Shown piece by piece: positions 1-13,276 of a DNA stretch of 64,000 nucleotides (positions are counted from its first letter, which is position 1; the number at the start of each line of letters is the position of its first letter). Source of the stretch: Monocercomonoides exilis PA203 (lineage: Eukaryota; Protista; Preaxostyla); NCBI GenBank assembly GCA_001643675.2, contig LSRY02000017.1, positions 1,302,001-1,366,000 on the forward strand, read 5' to 3'. The notes under the pieces are model-generated. The model was given only the letters and a program-made list of their open reading frames with translations, was not told where the DNA came from and searched no databases. Made by a program: the position numbers and the translations under genes.

Positions 1-3000
1 CATAAGGTGTGTCGATGTAGTGCTCTTCATCAGAGAAGGGGTTGTTCCGCTCAGCCCAGTCGCAGCGGATCTGCTTGTCGAAAGTGGTGAGCAGGATGGA
101 GTGTGGGGCGTAATGGCAGGGGAGAACGAAGAGAGGGAAGAGGGAAAGATTCTGTTTGGAGTGGCTGTCTTTGCTGTCGGAGGAGAGAGAGCTGGAACGA
201 GAGGAAGAAGAAGAGAAGGAAGAAGAAGAAGATGATGATGATGATGATGACGATGATGAAGCAGATGATGAGTTGTATTGTGAGGCTGGGGTGTTCTCGA
301 TGTAGACAGAGGAATTTGGGGCGACTTCGATGAATCTGCGCGTGGGGATGAAGGCAGACGCAGGCGGCGGCCGAAGAAGCGTTGATCGGTTTGTGTGGAA
401 GCGGAGGCTCTGCCCTGGGTTCATTCCTACGTTGTGATGGGAGTAGATGGGATGGATGGAGAATAAAGAAATGAGAAAGAGAGAAAGAGAAAGAGAAAGG
501 AGAGATAACAAAATACAAATAGAAATAGCAAAGATCAAAGATAAATAAATAAAAAAATGATAAATATGAAGATGAATAAATAATAATAATAAAATACTCC
601 AATAATCGTCTCTGGCCTTCTGCAGGAGCGGGAGCCTGTCTTTGCTCTCCACTCTGAAGATGATGACACAGGGTGGCGATATGCACCCAGCTATCACAAA
701 TGACCGCCCACACACAGTGGCTGTGGAAAGAGCAGAGACAGTAGAGGGAAGTCGGAGCGTGGCAATCTGTGTGAGAGAAGGAGGGATGCTTGTGATGTTT
801 CTCTTGGAGGAGGATGAGGAAGAAGAAGAAGAGGAGGAGGAAGGTTTGTCTTTGCCTTTCTCTCTCCTCCTCGATGAAGAAGAAGAAGACGATGATGATA
901 TACTCTTCGATCCATCACCCCCCGTTTTCTCCTCCTTCGTGTAGCCAGGCCTCCACGTGAGCACAAACATCGTCGACAGAAAGGAAGCAGCCACCACATT
1001 GTCTGAGGCAGAGGCCAAGCTCAGCTCGAGTGCCCCGATGCGCCCAGGGGCTGGTGTGTGGCCAGCATTGAGACTGCGCAGCTGAGACTCAGTGAAGACT
1101 AAGGGGGGCTTCCAGGTGATGACAGAGGAGATGTCAGCGCCGATGGCTTCGGGGATGAAAATCTGGGGAGGGAAGAGAGGGGAGAAGGGGGTGGCGGATG
1201 AACGGGTGGAACGAGAAGAAGAGGAAGAAGAAGGAGAGGAAGAAATAGATGATGAGGAAGATAATGATGAGGATGAGGAAGAAGATGAAGGAGTAGGAGA
1301 AGGAGAAGGTGTAGATGAGTCAGAAGAATCAGGAAGTTCGGGAAGATAATCAAGAGGAGTTGTATTGTGTGATGCGAGTGAGGAGACAAAAGATGACACG
1401 AGCGAAGGTGTTGATGTGGCTGAGGCAACAAGAGAGACAGAAAGATGGCGAGAAGAAGAAGACGATGAGGAAGAAGAGGAAGAAGATGCAACTGCACAAG
1501 AAGAGCCCAATGCTCCACCACCACCACCAGGAGAGGAAGAAGCTATTTTCTGCATTCTTGCTGCAAGGTGGATGAGAGCAAGCGACGACGGCGACAGTGA
1601 CGAGAGGAGTGAATATGGTGGGGTTATCCTCGATCGAGTGGATGTCTTTGACTTCTTCGCTATTCTGAGCATCGGATAATCTCCTTCCTCTTCCTGCTCC
1701 TGTTCTTCTTTCTCCATCAGTGCGATCGCATCAAACGACGCCATCCCGTCTCTTATGAGCGACTGCATCGCCTCGTCCTGCAGAGCAGCCTGCAGCGAGA
1801 TCTGTCTGAAGCTCACGGTCGGAATGATCCGGATCTCCCCCACTGTCACCTGCGCCATTGCACCTTGTATTCCAGTCAGCGCCAGCGTCCTTCTTGTGCC
1901 ATCAATGCCGAGTGTAGCTGCATCGACCAAGTCAACTTTCTCTGGGTGCAGTGAAAAGAGCATAGACACACTCTGCCGCACCTCTGCCTGGAACAGGATC
2001 GGCGGGTGCCAGTCCGCACCGTTTCCAGACGAGTCTCCGTTCTTCTTCTGAGAATTGTCTTTGTCTTTTCCATCTCCTCTGCCCATCTGCATCTGCATCT
2101 GCAGCTGTTGTTGTTGTTGTTGCAGTTGTTGTTGCTGCTGTTGTATCTGCTGCTGCAATGTCGGAAACCCTGCTGCCTGTTGTGTGACTAGCAAGAGCGA
2201 ATGGACGGGAGAGTTGGCATACAGCCGCGTCGTGAACATCTCCGGAAAGCGCTCAAAAAACTGCCCTTTCACCAGCGGCTCCAGCTGATGTCCCAATGTG
2301 CAGATGTGGATGGCTCCCACTCTGCCTTTCCCGACTCCCACAGCCACTCTGTCTTCCTGGCTGTGATGAGGCGAGAATGAAGAAGAGGTGTAGCCAGCAA
2401 TAGGCACCACCGACGACACCCAGTTGGCATCCAGTGAGAAGTTGTCGGGGGATGGCAGGTCGAGAAACTTGCCACTGTCCAAATTGACAAGAAGAGGGGC
2501 ATTGTGTGCGGAGGCGACAAACATCAGGGCTGTCCCGCGGATCATTGTGTGTGCAACAGAAGGAGAGAGGGAGGAGACAGAAGAGGAGGCTGAAGAGGAA
2601 AGCGTGCTCGGAAGAGAAGTTCTGTGTCGGTGGTGATGATGGCTCGAGTCGCCGATCGATGCCACGGCAGATGCAACAGAAGAAGATGTGAACGCCTTCT
2701 GCCCATCCACATTCGCATTCACAGATAGCATCCCTCCGCCTCCACCTCCACCTCCTCCTTCATCAGATGCTCCTCCAGAATCTCCCGCTCTTTCACCATG
2801 CTCCTTCCCATTCCCTCCCTCTTTCCCTTCTCCTCCTTTCCCCTCTCCTCCGTCTTCCTCTGCCTTCACCCAGCGTGTCCCTGCAGCACATGCCATCTGC
2901 GTCACCCATCTGTCTGCAAAGTGCATCCGCTGCACTTTCCCATGCATCACACACAGCACATCTTTGCCTCCTCCAATCATCATCTTCGCTATGTGCCCTG

Positions 3001-6000
3001 TGTATTTGTGCTTGTGCTTGTGGTGTCTGAGGAGTGCATCGTCGGGAAGAGAAGGAAGAGACATAGCGGGGGGGATGAAGATGGCACAGAGAGGTGGGTC
3101 TAACAGAGGAGTGGGGAAGACGAATGAGAAGGCTAAAGAGAGAGAGGCACAGAGGAGAACAGAATGAGAGGAGATGACGACGAATGGGACGAATGCAAAG
3201 TGCAGGGGGAGAAGAAGAGAAGGGTCTAAACAGTCACATTTAGAAGAGTTGGGTGAAGGTGGTGAAGGAAATAAAGAGGTGTCAGATGAAGTGTTTGGAG
3301 AAGCAGAAGGCGAAGGAAGAGGAGAAGCAGCAGCAGCAGAAGAAGAAGAAGATGATGATGATGATGATGAGTGAAGTGAATGAGTAGGACAGATAAGACA
3401 GTCAGTGACACGTGAAGGGAGAGAGGCAATGGTGTTTGCAAAAGTGATGATGAACGGCGGAGATGTGAGGGAAGGCGAGGCAACAGATTGTGACAGAGAG
3501 AAAGCGAGTGATTCTTCGCAGCAAAGAGGGGTGAGTCGGAAGGGGGCAGTTGTGGTGGCTGAGAAAGGGTTGGATGAAGGGGTAGGCACACCTGCCCCGC
3601 CCAGCAGCGATCGGTTGAGTGAGCGCTGAGCAGAAGAGAAAGGTGCAATGAAGGCAGAGAACAGTTTTGACAGAGAGACAAACGAAGGGCTGGCAGCAAA
3701 CGTGTTCAGAAGCGCCTGCTGTGCTGGCGTGACTGACGCGTTGTTCCTGTCTTTGAGTGCATCTGCATTGAAGTCGATAGGCCCTGCGGGCACGTCTGTA
3801 ACAGCCTTCTTTGGAGCTGTGTCCCTTACAGCTTTCCTCCCTTTCCCCAGCTCGTTCTCAGCTGCCTCCCAGCGCTGCTGCTTCTCCTTCCACCGCTCTC
3901 TCCGCTTGCTCTCCTGCTGCCTTCTGGCCATCTCCTCGTCTGCCACAAGCGACAGAGACCGCTTCAGAATCTCTTCGCTGAGCCCTTCAACGACGCGGGT
4001 GTGGCTGGGCGCACTTCCCCTGAGGCATTCAAGCAGCCCTTCTAACTGCGGAGCCAGCCCCAGGCGAGAGGTGGAAGGAGGAAGCTTAGAGAGAGCAAAG
4101 GAGATGAGGGTGAGGGTGTGGGAGGTGAAGTCGAAGAGGATGGAGATGACACTCAGCGCAGCGGGGGTGTCGCACAGGGCGAGTGAAGTGCAGAAGTCGG
4201 AGTCAGGAAGAGTGGGGTGTGGACGCAGTGAATGAGAAGAAGAGGAAGAGGAAGAGGAAGATGGAGATATGGAGGAAGAGGAGGAGGAGGAGGAGGAAGA
4301 TGATGAGGAAGGCTGGGCGAGTGAAGTGATGGAAGAAGGCCAGGCGAATTTTGGAGGGAGGAGTGTGTTGTATTTGGAGAGAGAAGGAAGAACAGATGAA
4401 ATGGGCACAGTTGGTGGAGATGAGGAAGAAGATGAAGCAGAGGAAGAGGAAGACGAAGAGGGTGAAGTGGCAGAGGAAGGATAAACAGGGAACGGGGGAA
4501 GGGTAATGGATGAAGTGAAGATCATATGGCGGATGCGGTTGACTGCAGTCAAAAGATGGTAGTGTGTGTGGCCAGACGAGTAGGATGAAGGGATTGAAGT
4601 GATTGGCTTGGTGCTGGTTGAAGAAGTAGACGAGGGAGACGAGGGAGAAGAAGGAGAAGAAGGAGAAAGAGAAGAGGAAGGAGAAGGTGATGGTGAAGAA
4701 GATGCAGAAGCAGAAGTCGAAGAATGCAGAGAAAGAGGGGATGAGGCTGCTGAAGTCAAAGAGATGGATAAAGATGGCTTTGAAGATGAAGTGGATGAAG
4801 ATGAAGCCAAAGCGGTTGTTGGAACATCAGCATCTGCATTGGCATTTGGTGAAGTGTGTTCGTCGTTCTGTTCGGATGATGACGAATCTTCATTCTTGTT
4901 TTGTTTTCCCCTTTTTTTTCTTTCTCTCTCTTCTTTTTCTTGTTCTTTCTCCTCTTCGCTTTCTTCTTCTCTCCTCTTCTTCCTGCGCTTCTTCAACTCT
5001 TCTATGAGATGTCTGTCATTGTTCCCGTCTTCTGCCTCAAACAGCACAAACGTCTCTGCTTTTGCCAGATGCACCGGAACAGTGTCCTTCGCATCCCGCT
5101 GCTCGTTCTCTTCCTCCTCCTTCCAGCGCCTCGCCTCGTTTCCTTCTTCTCCACTCGCCATCTGATCAATCAGATCGACAATCTGCAACATCAGCTGGTC
5201 GCCCTTCGCCATCTCTTGTCCAGCTGCTTTCGTGTCAGTGCTGTCTTTGCTCTCTTCTTTTGCTGGTGAGGGCTCCTTTGTCCAGGAGTTGGCGTAGTGC
5301 CACTTCTTCTCCAGCCCTGTCTCAATGCACCAGCGCCATTTCCTCCCATCTGCGTCTCGCACCTCCGTCCTCCCGCCCCAGGCAAGCCGGGACAGACGAT
5401 CCAAATAATCCTGCCTTTCTTTTCCTTTGCTCTCTGCAACGCAGCGCAGCGTGTCTGCATCTGCTCCGTCGTATGTCAAGCCAACGAATATGCATTCGTC
5501 CACAACGCAAAGGCACCTCATTGACACTCTCTTAATCCATTCGCATTCTTTCTCCTTTTCTTCAGAGTTGGTACTGGAAACTCTAGAAAAAACAGCAGAT
5601 GAGTCATCGCTTACTGGCACAAGTGAGCAAGCCCATTCAAAAGTCTTTTAAAATTTTTGAATATAAATTTGAAATGTTTACAATTCACTAATCTATTAAA
5701 AAATTTCATACAGGATCAAGTCTAAAAAGTCGAGGTTCGTCTATTTCAAGAAGATCTTTCAATCCTTGGAGAAACGTTCCCGTTGCAAGAGGGAAAAATG
5801 AAGTCCCGCTCCATTGAAGGAAAATCCACTCACAGTTTACTGTAATTACAAGAAGGCAATCAAGGCTTTAAAGAAAAATTATGCATAAAAAAGATATTAG
5901 AATGTTTTAAAAATCAATAAAAAGAAATGGCGCGCACCTGTGTGGCTGTGGAGATGCTAATAATTGAAATATGTTCCGATATACGGGAATATGATCCACA

Positions 6001-6270
6001 AATACAAAATTATCTTGAGACGTGTCATAATTAAATATGCTCAGATGATCAGTCTTTGAGAGCAAAGAATAAAATAATGAGTCATTTCGAAAAAGTGATG
6101 TTAAAATTGTAAAAAACTCAAAGTTCCCGTACTTTTGCAAGAATAAGTGTTTCAACATTTTGGTCAAAAAATCGCCCGGTAACCATTGATGTTATTGCTC
6201 CGGGCCTTGATAGGGTTTCAAAGAGAAAAGAATCTTTTCTCAATGGCTCCGTTGGTGCAGCTTGCTTCAT
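1..6270 (-). CDS. DDB1/SF3B3(RSE1)/CPSF1-family beta-propeller protein with very large low-complexity insertions; 3' end lies beyond the window
   Basis: Manual splice model with all GT-AG introns in phase: exons 6270-6133, 6053-5938, 5865-5712, 5644-598, 426-<1. The N-terminus FETLSRPGAITSMVTGRFFDQNVETLILAKTDHLSIF...VYRNIFQL...DCLLVITVNCEWIFLQW resembles the DDB1 N-terminus (TAQKPTAV..VTGHF..LLIAKNTRLEIY..DLLFILT). The ORF track lists no stop-terminated ORF in this minus frame from 5644 to base 1, so the frame appears open to the edge. Confidence 0.75.
2085..2158 (-). repeat. Coding polyQ and (QM)n tract
   Basis: (TGT/TGC)n on the plus strand equals CAA/CAG codons in the minus reading frame. 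Confidence 0.85.
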
Positions 6271-6985
6271 TTTCAAAGAGAAACTCCAATGACTCTCTGA
6301 ACGGAGAAAACTTTGTCTGAAAAGGAAAAATTATCAAATATTAAATAAACAAAAAATGACTTAACACGAAATACTTTAGAAATGCTAGAAAGAGCCTCCA
6401 AAAGCGTTAAATCAACAATTTTTGTATAATTATTGATCGAAACCCGTTGTTCAAGAAAGGATGTCAAATCTTATTCTGTCCAATTGAAGATTAACAATTA
6501 TTAGAAATAATAAATTCGTAAAATTATTTCGTATTTCAATTCAAAATAATATCTTTTTCTCACAAATTCAAGTCGTGTATTATGTTTTCATTCAGAAAAA
6601 AGCAATCATTTGACAGTATCATTTTCAGTGATAAAATGCTTGCATGTTTTATAAATACCACGTAAAAATATTGGAAATGTTATTTGTTAAAATATATTTA
6701 AACTTCCATTTTTTATAAACAATTATTTTGTTGAAATGCAAAAAATTTCTTCAACGTTAACCCCTCAAAATTAAATTAAATTAAAAGAAACAATGGAAAC
6801 TTAAAGAAAAGAACAAATAAAGACAAGTACAGAAGTTATCAAGTTAAAAAGAGTCTTTTGCCCATTTCTTCAAATGTTCTTTCTATTAATATTAATCACA
6901 TAAGCTCAATGAATAACAAAAAATACAGTGATGTGTCAACTAATTCCCTTTTGAATAGAATTTTACAATTAGATGATTTTATTTG

Positions 6986-7910
6986 CTAAGAAGAAGAAAA
7001 GTTTGGAGTGGAAGGAATGGTAGATGATTCAGGATAAAGAGGGGGAAGACTGACATCAAGAGAAGAAATATAAGTTGAAAATGAAGCAGTAGACTGTTTT
7101 ATTTGGGCAACAGCAAGTGAAGTGATTTCTTTGTTCAGAAAGCCAAAAAACTTATGTTTGAATTCAGCATCGACAGTCTTTAAAGCTTCAACGAATGCAC
7201 TTGATTCTGGAGCTGAAGAAGAGCGAAACCATGTCTCATTTAAAAATTTCTTATACACTTGTTCCATGATCGTGCATAAAGAGCAAACAATGCGCTGATA
7301 ATCAAGATAATCAGGAATTGGAGGTGTCTGAAGAAACTCAAAATATATGCCATATGTTGTACGATAAAGTGTTGGCTTGTAAATGTCAATGCCTGTTGTT
7401 GGCACTGTCTCAACTTCTTTTTTCTCTTTTGCCATCAAAGCATGAAGGCCCTGTTTTGCGAAATTTGAAGTATGATATGAGTATTCAAAAACAAATTGCG
7501 ATAAGCTCTTTAAAAACTGTTGTCCAGAAGATATATCGAGTAATGGTGCTAGACTATATCCTAGGTAGAACCAGTCTTTGGATCTTGATAAATATTAATG
7601 TGATTAAAAAAAAAATAAAAAGTTCCAAACAATTGAGTAATTTTTGGAAGCGAAAGTGAAGCCTTTAATTCTTCTGGAGACAGCCGGATGTGATTTTGCC
7701 AAGTTATTCCTTGATTTGAATGAGCTCGGCGAATGTATGAAAGAAGTGCTATTTCAAATAAAGTCAAAATAAATAGTGAATGTTATTCATACCAGTTCTT
7801 TTTGTAACTATATGCTTATTTAATGCATTAACAGAAAAAAAATAAAAATACAAAGTTAAAAATTACTTTACCTCCACCAAGCTGTAATTTTGCTTTGTAA
7901 CTTCATTCAT
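6986..7910 (-). CDS. Conserved hypothetical protein, 4 exons
   Basis: Splice model gives MNEVTKQNYSLVE|HIVTKRT|ALLSYIRRAHSNQGITWQNHIRL...|SKDWFYLGYSLAPLLD...FLQTPPIPDYLDYQRIVCSLCTIMEQVYKKF...VDAEFK. From recall it resembles an uncharacterised eukaryotic family (KR..L.Y.R.AH..W.N; F.LG.SL..LLD; L.TP..P..LDY). Confidence 0.75.
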
Positions 7911-7963
7911 TCGTTTTTGAGAATTATTTGATCTTTTTGATCAAGCAACCCAACAACAAAATA

Positions 7964-9569
7964 ATGAGCAGAAGTCAGAAAGAAGCAAAACGTTTGCAGA
8001 GGATACAAAGCGAGTTTGTTCTTTATAATTTGAAAACGTTGAAACAATTAAAAAATGCATTCTGTTTTGATTAGAGCTGCGAAGGTTGTGCGACCTGCTG
8101 CTTTGGCACTGTTTGAAAAATATTTTTTTGAAAATTTTTTATTCAAAATGAATCGAACATGATGATTATGAACATTGTGTTATTAATTTCATTGTTTTAA
8201 TAAGAACCAAAAAACCTCCCCCAACAATTCACAATGAGCAGGCATTAGCCACTTTAAGCATTCCTCGAGCAGTTTGAGAAGTAATTATGTGTTAAAGTTA
8301 CATGTCAAAAATATATTTGCTCTAATATTGTTATAGCCTCCATCGGCAAATATTGCAACAGATTCAGAGCTTAGAAGTCAGCAGATTGCAGATGCTGTTA
8401 AAGCAGAGCATGAACTTGCTGAAACTATCAAATCGACTTCAGTTGAATTGAAGTGTGATATTAATGTGTTCATTAAATTTTTAATTTAGTTTTTGTTTTT
8501 GTTTTTGTTTTGATTATTAACGTTGAAAGGAATAAACTTACAAATGTTTTATCAAGACATCTTGCACGAGAACAAAGAAGAAAGGAAGCGCATGATAATT
8601 TGAAAGCACAATTGTGGAGCAAAGTCGTTCAAACATACGTTTGGAATTGCATATTTAATTTAAAAGATAATATAATCAAATTTGTTGCGTTAAAAAGATT
8701 TCATTTCAAGAAGAAGAAGAGTTTCCGATGGAAATGCGTATTTTGGAAAGGGTTTGTTAGATAACTATCTTTTTCTGTTTTCAGCAAATTGCTTAATTTT
8801 AGGCATCCCTTCGTCGCCTAATTGCTCAGTACTATGTATAAATACATCATTTGTTTTTGAACTGTTCAGTAATGTATTTTTATTGTAATTTAGGAGTTTT
8901 GGTGTGTCAGATCAACTCATGTGTATACAGAGCACGCCTTACAGTTGTTTTGTGATAATCTCGATGAACACGCTCATGAAATAAATGATCTTCCAGAAGA
9001 TGAAGTGTGCATCATTATGAAATTAATGTGGAATATTTTTTATAATTCTTTTTATAATGTTTAATGATATTTAAAAATGATATATTGGAATTACTTTTTT
9101 GATCCTTCTTTCATATATATAATAATTGCTTTCAGCGTGAAAGGGATATTTCGTCTTTGGTTGAGCTGTATATAAATCAGTCATCAAGTGAAAAAGTGGA
9201 GGATTTGCTTCATGATCATCCATTTTGCGACGAAGAGCCAGAGGATCAACTTAAAAATGATGACGACGAAGACGGAACAAGTATCGGAGAGAACAGGGAG
9301 AATGAAGTGGATGAAAAAACGATTGCTGAAATGGTTCAAATTCTTGACGATGAGGACAAAGGCACTCAATTAGCACAAAAAGTGAAGACAACAGCAATTG
9401 CGAAAGGCTTGGAAAATGCCAGGGTATGAATATGTATCGTTTTTCACAATTTAACGAATTGGAAAAAATTTTTTAACCGATAACGATGATAATTTTTAAA
9501 AACATCTAGGAATCTGCTTTTACTCTTTTTGTTGAACAACTAAAGAACTACACTCCTCAGCTGGAATAA
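7964..9569 (+). CDS. Hypothetical protein, about 10 short exons
   Basis: ATG at 7964. GT-AG introns can be removed in phase to give MSRSQKEAKRLQRIQSEAAKVVRPAALALTKKPPP...RRLIAQYYEFWCVR...VELYINQ...ENARESAFTLFVEQLKNYTPQLE*. Some junctions are ambiguous. Confidence 0.7.
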
Positions 9570-9814
9570 TGTTATTTCTAGCAACAAAAGACATTTCACT
9601 TTATCAACAATTTTTAGAATTATGTTGGATATGTCAACAGAATACATGCTGATTTGATTTCATTCCGAAACTTTTTTTGATGGAAAAGAAAAAATATATT
9701 TGTGGTTAATTAGGTATTTTCGTCTCAGAGTGATAATTCTTATTTTCAAGCATGATACAATATAATCTTTCATCGTTTTTTTAAAGAGGATAATTAGTTA
9801 AATAGATGGTGTTG

Positions 9815-12660
9815 GAATAAGAAAATTTTATTGAAATAAAAATAACAATTCGAATAATCAGAGTTTATTCCAGATAACACCAGTTTATTCGAAAAAAAAA
9901 TTTATTCCAGAAAGACCCAGTTTATTCCAATTAATCCCTCAACAAAAATATTTTTATGATCTCATTTCAATAATCGTATATATACAAATAATGAACACTA
10001 TAGGATTAATGAACATTATTTTTTAAATAATCTTCAATTCTGAAAACTCTCGCCAAGCAGTTATGGTCTCAAATAATTTTTTGAAAAACTGATTTTCTGA
10101 ACGAAAGAATTAAAGATCGATGAAATCACAGATTCACAACAAATCGCAAATACTGTATTTTTGATGATTTAAATATGGCATGTTGACATGCAAAATTGGC
10201 TGAATATTACTCAATGAAACAAGAAGCGTTAATTATGCAAGGAATGGAAATGCAATTAATTAAATTATTTAAAGAATCTATTTGCAGAATTGAGTTGAAA
10301 TCAAACATACAAAGAAAATTTCGAAAAAGCATTTCCTCTGAGAGATTTCAGATTTTGAAATCTGTTCAGGAACAGAAAACTGCAAAGGAGAGAGTTCGAG
10401 TGCTTGAGTTCTCAATTTCTTCGTGGTAACTTTATGGTTCAAGTTATGGATTGTTATGTTGTGTTAATGCACAAATTACATTCAAAATGAGGAACCTCCA
10501 ATTTATTTCGTGTACTGCAATCTCATTTGGTGCGGGTTTGCGTTTTTATCCAAGTAAATTTACAGCTCCAAGAAACATTCATTATTTCCATTTCTCCTTC
10601 TTCCTCCACGATTGCAAATGCTCAGCAACTTCAACTCCAAATGGTAACGATGTGTATTCTGTAGACAATAACAATCTTTTTTCATCGAACAACTCATTCT
10701 ATGAATCGTATTGAATGAAGAGAAATGATAAAAGAATGTGCTATTATTATTATCATTCGGGCTGTTGGATGCATCAGCATTCAGAAAAGAAGAAATGGCA
10801 AAAGGAGGAAATGAAGGATCGGTAAATTGGTATGGACGGAAATTACAAGAGAGATCTGTGTGGGATAAGTGTGGCAAGCATGTAATTGGTGGTGTGTCAT
10901 GAGCATTGACTAAAACGCAACAAGAAACTCATGCCTTGATTATTTATGGAGTTGCTCTGGAAGCAGCATAAAACACACAGCAGAAGAGTGTAGCTTTCAT
11001 GCTATCTTCACGGTCTCGCTCTGGTTGTACGGGCAGCTCATGGCTGTACTAGACAAGACAGATGCTTCCATTTTTGCAGCCAGAGATGGAATATCTGGCT
11101 CTGTTCAGATATTGCTGATTCCTCTGTCTTCAAACAGATCGTCCTGTTCCTCTTCTTCTTCTTCTTCTTCTTCCGATCCTCCTCTTTTTCCGTTTTCTCT
11201 TCTTTGTCATCGCAACCAATGCATTCTGCAGTTTCGATGAATGTGCATTTTGACTTATTTCTTCATCCGCAGTGGGACATCTCACCCTGTTTCAGCCTTT
11301 CATACGGCTTCTGCGTGCGGGTTGTACTGAACGGAGTGAATGAGGTGAATGGACATTGCATGAGAAATGGAAATTGAAGAGGAAGGGGCTGCCAAACACA
11401 TTGTGTTCATTTTCTCATTTTGTAACACTGTCAAGGAGCAAAGAGAATGAAGTGCATGTTCAAATGGAAAAGGCAAAAAATGCGGAGCGTTAAAGAAAGT
11501 GGAGAGCGATACAGAGGAAAGGGAAACAGCAGGAAGACCCAAAGGCGAAGATGAAGACGAAGGAGAAAGACGAGTTTTGCACATCGCAAATTGACGCTTT
11601 CGACACAAGACTTGCACACAAAGCAACAGAAAGGAAGGGGCAGAGGTTGAGAAGTAAACACAGCAAATATTCTGTTTATTCGACAGCACATTCTCATCTG
11701 TCTAGATGCACACTCAAAACATTACATCCTCCTCGACAATTACCATCCCTCCTTTTTCTCCCTTGCACCACATCCAATCATCTGCCTCTTTTTTTCTTGT
11801 TGGAACTCCGTTGAACCCATTCATGCTGTAATCTCCCTCCACCTACTCCTCTTCATTCACACGGAAGTCCCTCTGCACATTCAACTCAAGCTCTTCTTCT
11901 TTATCGTCCATGACTTCATTTTCCTCCTCTAACAATTCGTTCATTGGGTTCTATCGCTCTTGAAGTGCTACAGTCAATAAAAGTGCAAAGAATCTACAAA
12001 AGTTAAGGAAACATTAGATAGCAGACTATCAGGAGAATTCATTTTTTGAGTGCAAATGGAATGACTCAAAAACAACTGGAACATCATCATCTGCAACTGA
12101 TAGAGTTTAAAGTGGATGGGCGAATAACAAACATAATCAGGTGTCTTGAATAATTTCATCGAAATATTTAACCTTTTGCAATTAAATATTGTTTTTGGTT
12201 TCTTTTTTTCCTGTTTGATCATAAATGTGAAATATTGATGGAAAAATAACAAAAAAGAATTAACAAACGTTGTGAAATGATCTATTATATTTTGTTGCTA
12301 ACTACAAGTCTATTTTGATTGCATTTATTATTTGTGAATTGAAGAATATGATTTATCATCGTTCATTTTAAAAGAACAATAAAGAATTTTTTGATCGCAA
12401 TACATTTTGAACAAATCTCATCAATAAAATGGTTTTTTAAAAATCAATAAATAAATATAGTTAAATCACAAGTGTTATTTAAGAAAATGATTCCAGGAAA
12501 TTTTTTTTATAACCACAATAAAATTTCTTTTTAAAAAAGTTATTCGAAAAAGACTGACATTATTCCAATTAATTTTTTGATTCCAGTTAAAGGAGTTTAT
12601 TCCGAATAAACTTTGTTTATTTGAATAAGTTATTTTTATTCGAATAAAACCTTTCTATTC
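9815..12660. mobile_element. Possible decayed TIR element carrying non-transposase cargo
   Basis: 9815-9877 (gaataagaaaattttattgaaataaaaataacaattcgaataatcagagtttattc) is a degenerate inverted copy of 12597-12660. Both ends carry repeated TTTATTC motifs. Confidence 0.45.
10560..11945 (-). pseudogene. Decayed coding-like sequence (acidic/Ser-rich) with many stops
   Basis: More GC-rich than the flanks. One minus frame reads MNELLEEENEVMDDKEEELELNVQRDFRVNEEE*VEGDY...*...* with several in-frame stops. No recognisable domain. Confidence 0.45.
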
Positions 12661-13276
12661 GCATTGTATCTTATATTGATTTTATTAAAATCACAGATCT
12701 TTTCTTTTTCATCGTAATGATCCTTTTTAAAATCATTCATTTGTTTGAATTATGATCCCATTTTCATTCAAAAAGTGAATGAGGTGTATTCAAACTCAAA
12801 ATGCAAGATAATATTTGAAATGAAACTGTATATGAAAAAAGAATAAAAAAATAATTATCATATTGAAGGGATAAAAAAGATTATTTTTCGAATGAAAGTT
12901 TGAATTTGAAATAAAAAATCAGATTTTTTTTTTGAATATTGAAAAAGGAAAAATCAACGATAATTTAATTTATTTCGACAATTCTTTCAACAAATAAAGT
13001 TTTTAACATTTCATGAAGAAGCAAGATTTGAATATAAAGTTATTTCGAATTGTTTTTGTTCAGTTTGTTAAAAATTTTTTACCTTCATTCGAGAAATAAA
13101 AAAGACAAAAACTGATAAACAGGTATGTGTTGAACCAAGTGAAATACTGTTTTATATTTCAACACCCAAATAATTTAATTTGAGAAGTCACTTTTCACAG
13201 AATAATCGGAAGTTGATTCATTTTTTCTCAATAATTGAAAATACTTCAACATATAATTTCTTATTTTATTCATTAA

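Noticed and set aside
20-5651. Many short plus-strand and off-frame ORFs rich in E/D/R or L/H
   Set aside because: Shadows of the low-complexity minus-strand gene.
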